Source of the DNA: Armatimonadota bacterium
GTDB lineage: Bacteria; Armatimonadota; UBA5829
Direction: 5' to 3'
DNA length: 64,000 nt
NCBI GenBank assembly: GCA_039679645.1
Contig: JBDKUO010000009.1
Span: 74,324-138,323 of the forward strand
Of this stretch, positions 29,434 through 38,583 are shown in pieces. The stretch's first letter is position 1. Each line of letters begins with the position of its first letter. The notes below the pieces were generated by a model. It did not search any database, was not told where the DNA came from, and saw nothing but the letters and a program-made list of their open reading frames with translations. The translations under genes were made by a program, and so were the position numbers.

Positions 29434-29530
29434 GTCTTTCTGATGTAAAACCACACTGCACTTAACTATAATACAGTGTTGCCGGCTATTCAGAAGGCGC
29501 ACTACATCTATGTGCTTAGCTCGACATTAG

Positions 29531-29578
29531 CCTTTATACCATGATTGTCGGGTTATGTCAATCAAAATATATATCATC
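29531..29578 (-). promoter_or_regulatory. Conserved GntR promoter box (copy 2)
   Basis: ttTATACCATGATTGTCGGGTTATGTCAATCAAAAT. On the minus strand this gives TTGACA, a 17-nt spacer, then a TATA-type -10 element. Confidence 0.45.
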
Positions 29579-29681
29579 ATAGTGTTTTATATAATACAAA
29601 TACTGTTATGCCATATGGTGTGCTATATGCTGTAATATCCATAGCGCATCCGCATCGCTAATTTTTATAAGTTTTTAGCGC

Positions 29682-29717
29682 AAAAAAACAGGCAGGGTCT
29701 GAATTGACCCCGCCTGT
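29682..29717 (-). terminator. Rho-independent terminator of paralog 2
   Basis: A-run at 29682-29687, then the hairpin acaggcagggtc-tgaattg-accccgcctgt. Confidence 0.7.
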
Positions 29718-29763
29718 TTTAAGTTAGTCAGTGCGACTATGCGCACGCCTTATGTCGCTTGCC

Positions 29764-32700
29764 CTACGGAGTTGCAGGATTGAGCGAGTAGCCGAGTCCT
29801 GTGGTTATGTACGGATTATATCCGCCATAACCAATGCCTCCATAGGATTCACTGTCAACGAACTGACTTGCAAGCTTGAACGTGCTGATGTTGTTTACAA
29901 CCTTGAAGAGTATGCTGTTCAAGCCCTGATGAAGAGTGATGTCATATGGACCATCCTGCCCGATTGTACAGCTTCTACCTGTAGCATACATACCTGAGTT
30001 TGTTGTCTCGTCAATTGAATACTGCAGGGCTCCATTGGCAAAGACACTCAGCCAGTCATCAGAACCGGTTACCATCGCCACAGCAGGCGCCTCGGTATCG
30101 GACCATACATACAGGTGGACATAAGCCGCTGACGATGCATTCGTTCCACCGAGCACTGAGTTGATGTCGAGAATGCCGCTGGCGCTTGTTCCGACTTTCC
30201 AAGTCTTGCCTGCTGTCTCAAGACCTTCAGCAGGCTTAATTGTCGTTCCTACTGATGCCTCGCCGATGAAGTCCACATCAAGCAGGTCATAAGCGTTGGT
30301 TGGAGCAGGATCAGTGGTGAACGGACCAAGCACCAGATACTGAATCGGATAGTCATATGTGCCTGTGAACGGCAGGGAATGCATATCGTCCGAACCATAG
30401 GCCCAATCTGCCCTCTCATCTCTCATGTAGAGGACCGTGCCGTCGGCATCCTTACCCACAACACCGCGGACTCTGACATAATCGTCATCCGCAGGCATGG
30501 CAGCCGTGCTGCTGCACAGTATTTTGATCGGTTTAGCAGAACCATCACTGATCTTAAAACTGCCGGTCGTGGAATTGGAGACCTTGCCCCATGTCTTGAT
30601 GAAGAGATTTTGAGACACGCTATCCGCAGCGGCCTTGTTGTTCATGCTGAGCTCTTCAATTGCAGGGCCGTCAGGACAGGTTGTAGCTGTAAGACGCGTG
30701 ATGGAAGTAGCTTCCACGTACCTTAGCCCGTAGCTGTCTGTGCAGACCTTTCCTGCAACTGATACACTGTCGCCGAACTGAACAGTCGTCGACAAACCGG
30801 TCATATGGACTTTAATGCCGGCAGTGCGGTCCGCGGTCTCAATGAAGATAGTATCGGTCGGCACGCCGCCGCCCGGTGTAGCCGTAACCACCGCACTCGA
30901 TATGACTGTTCCACCACCCTCGGGAGTGTTTTTGGCTCCGGTAATGGTAAACGGCTGTCTTTCGAGTGTGGATTCGCGCAGTTCCAGTTCCCAGAATACT
31001 AAGTTGCTTCCTGTCCCGCCAACAGCGGTGGTGCGCATTCTCCAATACCTAGCTGTCTGAGGCGCAAACCTGACAACTCCATATCCACATTTCTGGATGG
31101 GATAAGTAGTGTTTTTGTTTGCCGGGTTGTTCTGAAGATAGACGCTCTGAACAAACCCGCCATCATTGTTTGTAAATGTCTTGACATTGTTCCATGTCGA
31201 GCTATCGTCACTATAATCTATGGTAAAGGATGTGCCCCAGCCCTGTTCCCAATAGATTGCCAACTCGTCTATAGTCCTGGCAGCGCCAAGATCGATAGTA
31301 AATGCCGAAGGCATATATGTCTTTGCAATTGCAAACAGCGATGAAGTGCTGCCGTCGACTGCCCGGGTGGGCGGGTATCCTGCCAAATAGTTCGGACAAG
31401 TCACATCCGCTGCCAAAGCCCAGTCGAAACCGGCCGGCTGAAGAGTAAAGTTTTGCTTTACTACATCGGAGGTTGTGGTAAGTGTCACAGTCTGATCATC
31501 AGTGGCGCTGTAATTAGGGGCCGTAGCCGCAATATAGTAAGTTCCTGCATTCACCAGGCCTAAGTGATAGTAGCCATCAGCATTAGTTCTGGTTCGGATT
31601 CTTCCGACACTATACACCAGAGGATCCGATGAAGTCGATGCGGCAACCCATGCGTTTGCGATGGGGTTGCCGTTTGCGTCTTTGACATAACCGCTGATTC
31701 CGTTCGGATTATCTATATCAAAGCCGGTTCCGGCACTGAACTTCTTTATGTATTTACCGAACTCTGCGAAGAGGTCGCCATTGTCATTCAGCGCAAGATA
31801 TCTCGGCCATGCATTTGCGGAATCACTGATACCCTGGTATGACCAGAGGATTTCCGCATGATCGCCCATATCGGCTATGGCATAGATGCGTCCGCCGGTG
31901 GTAAGTCGGCCTTTTCCTGTGCCGACATACAGCACCTGAGGATCGGTGTTGGCGACCACGATGTTGGAGGTGTCCTGCCAGCAGTCGTCAGGCAATTCAA
32001 GTGTCCACTTGATGCTTGCGCTGTTGCCGTTGTCCGTTACTGCAATGACTCTCCCAACGTTGGTCCTGAAATACTTATAGCTCTCATCAAAGGTAGATCC
32101 ATTTATGGCGGTGGCGAGAACTGCGCCTGTGCTTGAGAGATAGAGAGTCCCGTCAGCGCCTATCGCGGGCGGGTGTATGTGCTGGCTGCCTGTATGGATA
32201 GCCCATTTGGCTTCACCTGTGCCTTTATATGCATCAATTGGGTCTTTTCCGCCAGTGTTGGTATCGTATGCATATAATGTGGAGGCGCAGTTCGCCGGAT
32301 TCGGTGTCGGAGTAGGATAGCCACTAGCGGGTGTGGCATATGATCCCCAGTTGTCCGAACCGCCTACATATAATGTGCTTCCGTCATTTGAGATAGAGGC
32401 AGGGCCATATGCGTTCTCACAGAATGCACCCCACACCAGATCGCCATAGGTGCCCATGTCATCAATAGCGTACACCTGATATTTATGAATACTCGTCCGT
32501 GTTTGCCAATACGCGTATCTTTCACCGCCTGAGATGAAAATACGGTTGTGAGCAGGGACTCCTCCACTGGCCGGGATTCTCTTAACGGCGAATGTGCCGT
32601 TGCAGCCGCCGATGCCGTTAAAATACGTTGTCCCGGCAACAATAAAGCTGTTATACATCCATTTGTAGGTGCCGTCACTGTTTAGGGCAAAGAGAGGTCC

Positions 32701-33294
32701 CCACTCGTCAACGGTGGCATAGGTGCCTCCCTGAGTGTGGGTGTAGATGGTTCCATCTTCTCCCACAGCATCATTGGTATAGGTGTTGGCTGTGGCGCTG
32801 TAGTAGTCAGTGTAGGCGAACGGAGTCGTCCAATCCAGCGATCCTGAGCCCATCACGCCTGCGTAAGTCTTCGCATTTGTGGTTGCGCTCCTACCTGGAC
32901 CAACAAGGATCCTCTGATTGGTGCCGTTGTCAAAGAGTGTCGGACCATTGCGGTTGGTTGTGACCGTTGATCCTACGATATCGGGAACAGTCCAGGCCCA
33001 ACCTGTGGCTGCTGTTCCGTTCGGGGCGATCTTCACAACATCGTCCGGACCCGTTGACATTACGTAACAGTAACCCGATCCATCTATCGCTAGGCCGGTA
33101 ACAGAAGGCATGAAGCCAAGGCTGTATGTCCATGAGACAACCGGCTTTGCGATAAGCGTGGCGGGACTGCGCCCGCTGTTGTAAGCGTCTCGCTGATATT
33201 TTGGCCATCCGCTTGAAGGCAACTGTGCAAATGCCGGTATCGACATTATGCAGACACAGACGACCAATACTGCAATCCATCTTGCTTTGCGCAT
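29764..33294 (-). CDS. Large secreted multidomain protein, paralog 2 of 5
   Basis: The N-terminus is MRKARWIAVLVVCVCIMSIPAFAQLPSSGWPKYQRDAYNSGRSPATLIAKP. The domain order matches paralog 1. The C-terminus is ...LNSILFKVVNN...GYGGYNPYITTGLGYSLNPATP. A 140-nt stretch at 30800-30940 is roughly 85-90% identical to 25740-25880 of paralog 1. Confidence 0.85.
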   Translation of the reverse strand: MRKARWIAVLVVCVCIMSIPAFAQLPSSGWPKYQRDAYNSGRSPATLIAKPVVSWTYSLGFMPSVTGLAIDGSGYCYVMSTGPDDVVKIAPNGTAATGWAWTVPDIVGSTVTTNRNGPTLFDNGTNQRILVGPGRSATTNAKTYAGVMGSGSLDWTTPFAYTDYYSATANTYTNDAVGEDGTIYTHTQGGTYATVDEWGPLFALNSDGTYKWMYNSFIVAGTTYFNGIGGCNGTFAVKRIPASGGVPAHNRIFISGGERYAYWQTRTSIHKYQVYAIDDMGTYGDLVWGAFCENAYGPASISNDGSTLYVGGSDNWGSYATPASGYPTPTPNPANCASTLYAYDTNTGGKDPIDAYKGTGEAKWAIHTGSQHIHPPAIGADGTLYLSSTGAVLATAINGSTFDESYKYFRTNVGRVIAVTDNGNSASIKWTLELPDDCWQDTSNIVVANTDPQVLYVGTGKGRLTTGGRIYAIADMGDHAEILWSYQGISDSANAWPRYLALNDNGDLFAEFGKYIKKFSAGTGFDIDNPNGISGYVKDANGNPIANAWVAASTSSDPLVYSVGRIRTRTNADGYYHLGLVNAGTYYIAATAPNYSATDDQTVTLTTTSDVVKQNFTLQPAGFDWALAADVTCPNYLAGYPPTRAVDGSTSSLFAIAKTYMPSAFTIDLGAARTIDELAIYWEQGWGTSFTIDYSDDSSTWNNVKTFTNNDGGFVQSVYLQNNPANKNTTYPIQKCGYGVVRFAPQTARYWRMRTTAVGGTGSNLVFWELELRESTLERQPFTITGAKNTPEGGGTVISSAVVTATPGGGVPTDTIFIETADRTAGIKVHMTGLSTTVQFGDSVSVAGKVCTDSYGLRYVEATSITRLTATTCPDGPAIEELSMNNKAAADSVSQNLFIKTWGKVSNSTTGSFKISDGSAKPIKILCSSTAAMPADDDYVRVRGVVGKDADGTVLYMRDERADWAYGSDDMHSLPFTGTYDYPIQYLVLGPFTTDPAPTNAYDLLDVDFIGEASVGTTIKPAEGLETAGKTWKVGTSASGILDINSVLGGTNASSAAYVHLYVWSDTEAPAVAMVTGSDDWLSVFANGALQYSIDETTNSGMYATGRSCTIGQDGPYDITLHQGLNSILFKVVNNISTFKLASQFVDSESYGGIGYGGYNPYITTGLGYSLNPATP

Positions 33295-33439
33295 TACTTT
33301 CTCTCCTTTGCAAAATTTTTACTGGAGTGAACGTTCAAGCAAAAACGACTTGCGGTTCATGCTTTAGTCTGTTTACACGATTCTCTGTGCGGTAATTTCG
33401 GATTTGGAATAGATTTTGCACCAAGTCCGGCTCCCGCCT

Positions 33440-33600
33440 TCCTCTATGTACCCCCCTTATCAATTGCGAAGGGACTCTCTATGAAGCCCTCAACGCATAA
33501 TTTACCGAGGATCAACCGCCCCAATGCGAGGCGGCGTCCTCAGTGCTTTACGGCCACTATATCTTCAAATCTGCAGCCTGCCACAGACAACTCGTAATCA
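33440..33600 (-). promoter_or_regulatory. Conserved structured leader of paralog 2
   Basis: tcaattgcgaagggactctctatgaagccctcaacgcataatttaccgagg...accgccccaatgcgaggcggcgtcc...ggccactatatcttcaaatctgcagcctgcc. Confidence 0.5.
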
Positions 33601-33910
33601 AACTTATTGCATATGTATGTTTATCATACCACTCAACAAGACCAAATGGTTGTACCCTATAATGTATTAGCCCACCTATCAAGATAAAAGACAACCGCCA
33701 TGCAATACGTATGTTTGTCATACCATTATGCACACCCTATTGGATGCAATGTATCATGTGATTGTCTGCCTGTCAAGGTGGAATGAGAGTGTTTTGAAAA
33801 TATCTTTTGCAGCGCTCTATACGAATCTTTCCGCCTGAGACCTGCACTGCAAATCTCATTACCCGAATCGTGGAATGCTTGCAAACCAGAGTAACTTGTT
33901 CAATATAATG

Positions 33911-33950
33911 TATACCATGGTGATTGGCTGCTGTCAACTATAATTATGCA
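33911..33950 (-). promoter_or_regulatory. Orphan copy of the GntR promoter box, with no GntR gene downstream
   Basis: gTATACCATGGTGATTGGCTGCTGTCAACTATAATTATGCA. On the minus strand this reads TTGACA, then gcagccaatcaccatgg, then TATACA. Confidence 0.4.
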
Positions 33951-34141
33951 ATTTTTCTTTAGATTTCGCCTGCAATATTAAGCAGGATATAAAATTGCTA
34001 CAGCATATGGTCTGTTCACGGCTGGAGCATAATGTCGAAAACCAGGCTTAACATATTGTAATAGCAGCAGGCGGGTCAGATGTTGACCCGCCTGCTTTAC
34101 GTTAGTCAGTGCGACTATGCGCACGTCTTATGTTGCTTGCC

Positions 34142-37100
34142 CTACGGAGTTGCAGGATTGAGTGAGTAACCAAGTCCTGTGGCCGTATATGGACCATAAC
34201 ACCCATAACCATTATAACCTTCAAAATCCGCCGGAACTATCTGGCTGGAGACAGCGAAGCCAGAACTGCCATTGACGACTTTGAGCAGTATGCTGTTCAA
34301 ACCCTGATTAAGGGTGATTGTACCTTTTTCTTGACCGATGTCGACTCCGCGTCCAGCATCACTGTAGTAGCTTGCGCCGGATACAATTGACTGATTGACG
34401 TAAACCTTCAAACAGTCATCGGAGCCTGTTGCAAGGGCAGTAGCGTCAAGCGTAGTTGCAGACTCGGACCAGACATACAGGAACACATAGGCAACAGATT
34501 TAGAGATAGCGCCACTTTCGGTATCATCTCCTCCGAATGCCGCATTGAGGTCAAGTATGCCGTCTTTGCTTGTTCCAACGAACCATGTCTTGCCTGCGGT
34601 TTCCAGTCCTGCGACCGGTTTCACCGAATCGCCGATGGTTGTCTCTACGATTGGATCCCAAGCATAAAGCTCGGCCATGGTCTTGTTGGCATCAGTGAAC
34701 GGACCAAGCACCAGAGACTGGATCGGATAGTCGTATTGGCCGGTGAACGGCAGAGCATGCATATTGTCTGAGTCATAAGCCCAGTCGGCTCTCTCGCTTC
34801 TCATATAGAGAACAGTGCCGTCTGCATCCTTACCCACAACGCCGCGCACTCTGATGTAATCATTATCCACAGGCAGGGCAAACGAAGCACTGCTGTCATA
34901 GATCACCTTGATCGGCGAAGCGGAACCGTCGCTGATCACGAAGCTGCCGGGCGTAGAATCTGAGACCTTGCCCCATGTCTTGATGAACAAGCCCTGAGAC
35001 ACGCTGTCACCAGCAGACTTGTTGTTCATACTAAGCTCAGCGATTGCCGGGCCGTCAGGTGACTGAGTTGTCGTCGTGCGGGTAAGCGTTGTTGCCGCAA
35101 TGTACTTCTCGCCATTGCTGCTGCCTACTACTCCGTTTACGGAGACTTTGTCACCAAAGTAAATACCGGCAGTTCCGCCGGTCTTGTTGACGCGAATACC
35201 GGCTGTGCGGTTCGCGGATTCAACAAAGAGCGTATTGGCATCGACAACGTTGGTAACAACCGCATTGTCGAACTTGGCAGGGGCGCCGTCAGGAGTATTC
35301 CTTGCTCCAGCAATGGTAGCCGGCTGCGCCGCTAATGTGCTGTCACGAAGCTCAACATCCCAAAGCCATACGTCGGTCGCTGCGGCACCGGTTGTCGCTA
35401 AGGCGCTTGCTGTGACGTTTATCTGCCAATATCTAGCAGTAGCGGCATTGAGCTTGAGTACATTATATCCGGTCTTCATGTACGGCGCACCAGTATTACC
35501 AGGATTGGTGGTGCTGACATTCCAATCCAATGGATATCCACCATTGCCTGTTGCTACGGTATATGCATTAGCCGTAGTCCAAGTCACTTGGTCATTACTA
35601 TATTGTACGGTATATGCACTTGCAAAGTCTGATCCCCAGTAGAAAGCGGCTTCGTTGATGGTCTTGGCGGAACCAAGATCAATCACGAGAGACGCAGGCA
35701 GGCTTGTAGCCCTGAACTGAGTGTTAAGATCATTATCCACTGCATTGCTTGCGGGGTAACTGGCATCTGCATTCGAGCAGGTTGCGTTTGCGCCCCAAGC
35801 CCAGTTGAAACCAGCCGGTACAAGTGTTAGGTTGAATTTATTAACGTTTGATAGGTTTGTCGCAGTATAGATTGCTCTCAGACTGCCCGAAAGGGTAGTG
35901 CCCTTGTAGCTGGGAGCAGTTGCCGCAACATAGTATGTACCGGCGGCCGCGATACCCATTTGGTAGTAGCCATCGGCATCTGTCCGTGTCCGAATCCTCT
36001 GTTTATCGCCACCTGCCGGTGGGTATAAGGTACCGCTCGTACTTACTGATACCCAGGCATCATTAATAGGATTACCGGCGCTGTCCTTGACATAACCGCT
36101 GATACCGTTCGGATTGTTAACGTCGAATCCGGCGGGGAACTTTCTTACTAAGTTGTTGATTGCCGCATAGAGGTTGCCACTATCGTCAAGCGCAAGATAA
36201 AGAGGCCACTTACCGGCAGCGCCTTCATTAATATCTTGATAGGTCCAAAGGATCTTGCCGTAAGTGCCCATATCTTTAATGGCATAGATGCGACCGCCAC
36301 TCAACCGACCATTGCCCGTGCCTACATAAAGAACAGCCGGGTTGGTGTTGGTAACAGCGATGTTGGAGCACTCGGACGAACCGTCATCCGGCAGGTCCAA
36401 AGCCCACTTGATAGTGCCATGGTCACCATTGTCAGTGACAGCAACGACTCGTCCCAGCTTGCTGGTCAATTGGCTATAAATGAACGAGCTGGCAACATAG
36501 AGTGTGCCATCCGCGCCGATAGCTGGCGGGAACACACTTTCAGTACCGGTGTCTAGTTTCCACTTGGGACCGCCTGTGTCCTTGTAGTTGGTAATCCAAT
36601 CCACCTCACCGGAGTTGTCAGGAATGTTGGCATCACCTGCCCAATACGAACCATCAGCTCTACCATCAGTAACAACGCCATCGCCAGGGCACCTTTGATT
36701 GCTAAAGGTGGACCTGTTGCCGCCTGTTTCGGCATCATACGCAACCAGCGTATTGTATGTATATGCTATCGGGCTGTGACCGTCACAGTATTCCCAGGAG
36801 TTACCGCCGGTGACATACACGGTGTTGCCGTCATTCGAGATTGAAGGAGGGCCGTATGAATAGCAGGGATTGTAGGCACCCCAAACTAACTCTGCATAAG
36901 TGCCCATGTCATCGATGGCAATCACCTGATATTTATGCCGAGCACTGCGATAAGCTAGATCATAGCTGTCGAAGTGGTTGCCTCCGGAGATAAATATCCT
37001 GTTATGAGCAGCTACGCCGCCGCTGGCCGGTATCCGCTGCACTGCAAGCGCGCCATTGATACCGCCGAAGCCGAGGCTGTTCATCCCTGAGGCTGAAGGA

Positions 37101-37738
37101 GCATTGAACGTCCACTTTGTGGTTCCATTAGCATTTAGGGCAACGATCGGACCATCATCACTATAGGTCCACTGCTGACCATGGGTATAGATGGTTCCAT
37201 CTTCTCCCACCGCAGGGCTGGTATAGCTGTTTCCGATGGAGCCGGGGAATGTCGAATAAAGATCGGAACTCCATGCGCTGCTGCCGTTTGACATGTATCC
37301 TGCAAATGTATGTCCCATAGTGGCATCTGCAGCACTTCTGCCGGGGCCTATGACAACGTACTGGCTTGTGCCGTCATCAAACAGCAATGGGCCGTTTCTA
37401 TTAGCACTGCTTGCTGTCGTTGAACCCGCAGTCCAGGTAAATCCTGTGTCGACAGTTCCACCGGAAGTGATTTTCACCAATGGGTTATTATACTGCGACA
37501 TAGCATAAACATTACCACTCGAATCCAGCACTAACCCCGCACGGGTTATTGCAAAACCGGCGGCAGTTGACCACTCCGTATACGGCTTAGCTATTACCGT
37601 AGCGGAACTGCGGCCACTGTTGTATGCGTCGTGCTGATACTTTGGCCAACCGGCAGTCGGCAACTGCGCGAATACCGGTATTGACATCACGAAGACGCAG
37701 ACTATGGCCAATAATACGATAAATCTTGTCTTATGCAT
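34142..37738 (-). CDS. Large secreted multidomain protein, paralog 3 of 5
   Basis: The N-terminus is MHKTRFIVLLAIVCVFVMSIPVFAQLPTAGWPKYQHDAYNSGRSSATVIAKP. The same domain order as paralog 1, with the discoidin signature ...NAVDNDLNTQFRATSLPASLVIDLGSAKTINEAAFYW. The C-terminus is ...LNSILLKVVNG...GYNGYGCYGPYTATGLGYSLNPATP. Confidence 0.85.
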   Translation of the reverse strand: MHKTRFIVLLAIVCVFVMSIPVFAQLPTAGWPKYQHDAYNSGRSSATVIAKPYTEWSTAAGFAITRAGLVLDSSGNVYAMSQYNNPLVKITSGGTVDTGFTWTAGSTTASSANRNGPLLFDDGTSQYVVIGPGRSAADATMGHTFAGYMSNGSSAWSSDLYSTFPGSIGNSYTSPAVGEDGTIYTHGQQWTYSDDGPIVALNANGTTKWTFNAPSASGMNSLGFGGINGALAVQRIPASGGVAAHNRIFISGGNHFDSYDLAYRSARHKYQVIAIDDMGTYAELVWGAYNPCYSYGPPSISNDGNTVYVTGGNSWEYCDGHSPIAYTYNTLVAYDAETGGNRSTFSNQRCPGDGVVTDGRADGSYWAGDANIPDNSGEVDWITNYKDTGGPKWKLDTGTESVFPPAIGADGTLYVASSFIYSQLTSKLGRVVAVTDNGDHGTIKWALDLPDDGSSECSNIAVTNTNPAVLYVGTGNGRLSGGRIYAIKDMGTYGKILWTYQDINEGAAGKWPLYLALDDSGNLYAAINNLVRKFPAGFDVNNPNGISGYVKDSAGNPINDAWVSVSTSGTLYPPAGGDKQRIRTRTDADGYYQMGIAAAGTYYVAATAPSYKGTTLSGSLRAIYTATNLSNVNKFNLTLVPAGFNWAWGANATCSNADASYPASNAVDNDLNTQFRATSLPASLVIDLGSAKTINEAAFYWGSDFASAYTVQYSNDQVTWTTANAYTVATGNGGYPLDWNVSTTNPGNTGAPYMKTGYNVLKLNAATARYWQINVTASALATTGAAATDVWLWDVELRDSTLAAQPATIAGARNTPDGAPAKFDNAVVTNVVDANTLFVESANRTAGIRVNKTGGTAGIYFGDKVSVNGVVGSSNGEKYIAATTLTRTTTTQSPDGPAIAELSMNNKSAGDSVSQGLFIKTWGKVSDSTPGSFVISDGSASPIKVIYDSSASFALPVDNDYIRVRGVVGKDADGTVLYMRSERADWAYDSDNMHALPFTGQYDYPIQSLVLGPFTDANKTMAELYAWDPIVETTIGDSVKPVAGLETAGKTWFVGTSKDGILDLNAAFGGDDTESGAISKSVAYVFLYVWSESATTLDATALATGSDDCLKVYVNQSIVSGASYYSDAGRGVDIGQEKGTITLNQGLNSILLKVVNGSSGFAVSSQIVPADFEGYNGYGCYGPYTATGLGYSLNPATP

Positions 37739-37889
37739 TACTTCCTCTCCTTTTCTTTTAGTGACTTTTTAAGTGAGAACAAACGTGCATAAACAAACTG
37801 CTGTTTATACTTTTATCCAAGTGTAGAATTTTCTGAGCGGTTATTCCGGATATGGAGCTAATCTTGTGCTTTCTTTCCGGGTTCCGCAT

Positions 37890-38030
37890 GCCTTTATGTC
37901 TCCTCCTTACTCAATTGCGAAGGAACTCTCTTTGAAGCCCTCAACGCTGAATTAGCCAAAGTGCAGCGGCCTCGCAATGTGAGGCGGCTTTCTCTGTGCT
38001 TTACGGCCACTACTTTTTAATATGCAGTTT
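37890..38030 (-). promoter_or_regulatory. Conserved structured leader of paralog 3. A second copy of hairpin B lies at about 38170-38195.
   Basis: ctcaattgcgaaggaactctctttgaagccctcaacgctg...gcggcctcgcaatgtgaggcggc.... An extra gccgccccaagatccgaggcggc, followed by ccggccaccgg, sits at 38168-38210. Confidence 0.45.
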
Positions 38031-38261
38031 GCCTGAGGCATACTTTTACGCATGACTAGGCACAAACCAGCAAGTACTTACGGATATGTGTTCCGCCAGT
38101 TTCTTGTTGTGTTATCAACTGTTCACTGCATCTAGATTATTATCCGTTATTGCTCGATGCTGAATGCCGCCCCAAGATCCGAGGCGGCACTCTCGCACTT
38201 GCCAATCCGGCCACCGGATTGCAGTCAGCTTTCCTCAACGGCTACTGACTCATCACTACCA

Positions 38262-38310
38262 TCTATACCATGGTGATTACGGGTCGTCAACACAAATATG
38301 TACATAATTG
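38262..38310 (-). promoter_or_regulatory. Orphan copy of the GntR promoter box
   Basis: tcTATACCATGGTGATTACGGGTCGTCAACACAAATATG. Confidence 0.4.
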
Positions 38311-38502
38311 ATATTTCAGTTGCTATTTAACCGATCTCTTGTACTTTATTGAGGTGATATTTTGTATCGCTATTAATACATCACTTGCTGTCATAAACGC
38401 TGCAGCATGTAAGTGCTTTTTAGTTCTTTTTAATTGGATGTTGGCAGTTAGCGTGTGTGGTGGATTCATCGCCGCAGTGGCCTGGTGTGGCTGATATTAC
38501 AA

Positions 38503-38537
38503 AAATCAGGTGGAGCCGATTTGACCCCACCTGATTT
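38503..38537 (-). terminator. Rho-independent terminator of paralog 4
   Basis: A-run acaaaaa, then the hairpin tcaggtggagccgatttgaccccacctga. A gtgcggagaatccgcac hairpin lies between the stop codon and the terminator. Confidence 0.6.
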
Positions 38538-38583
38538 CACTTATCTATTGTGTGCGGAGAATCCGCACGTTTTGTTGTTTGCC

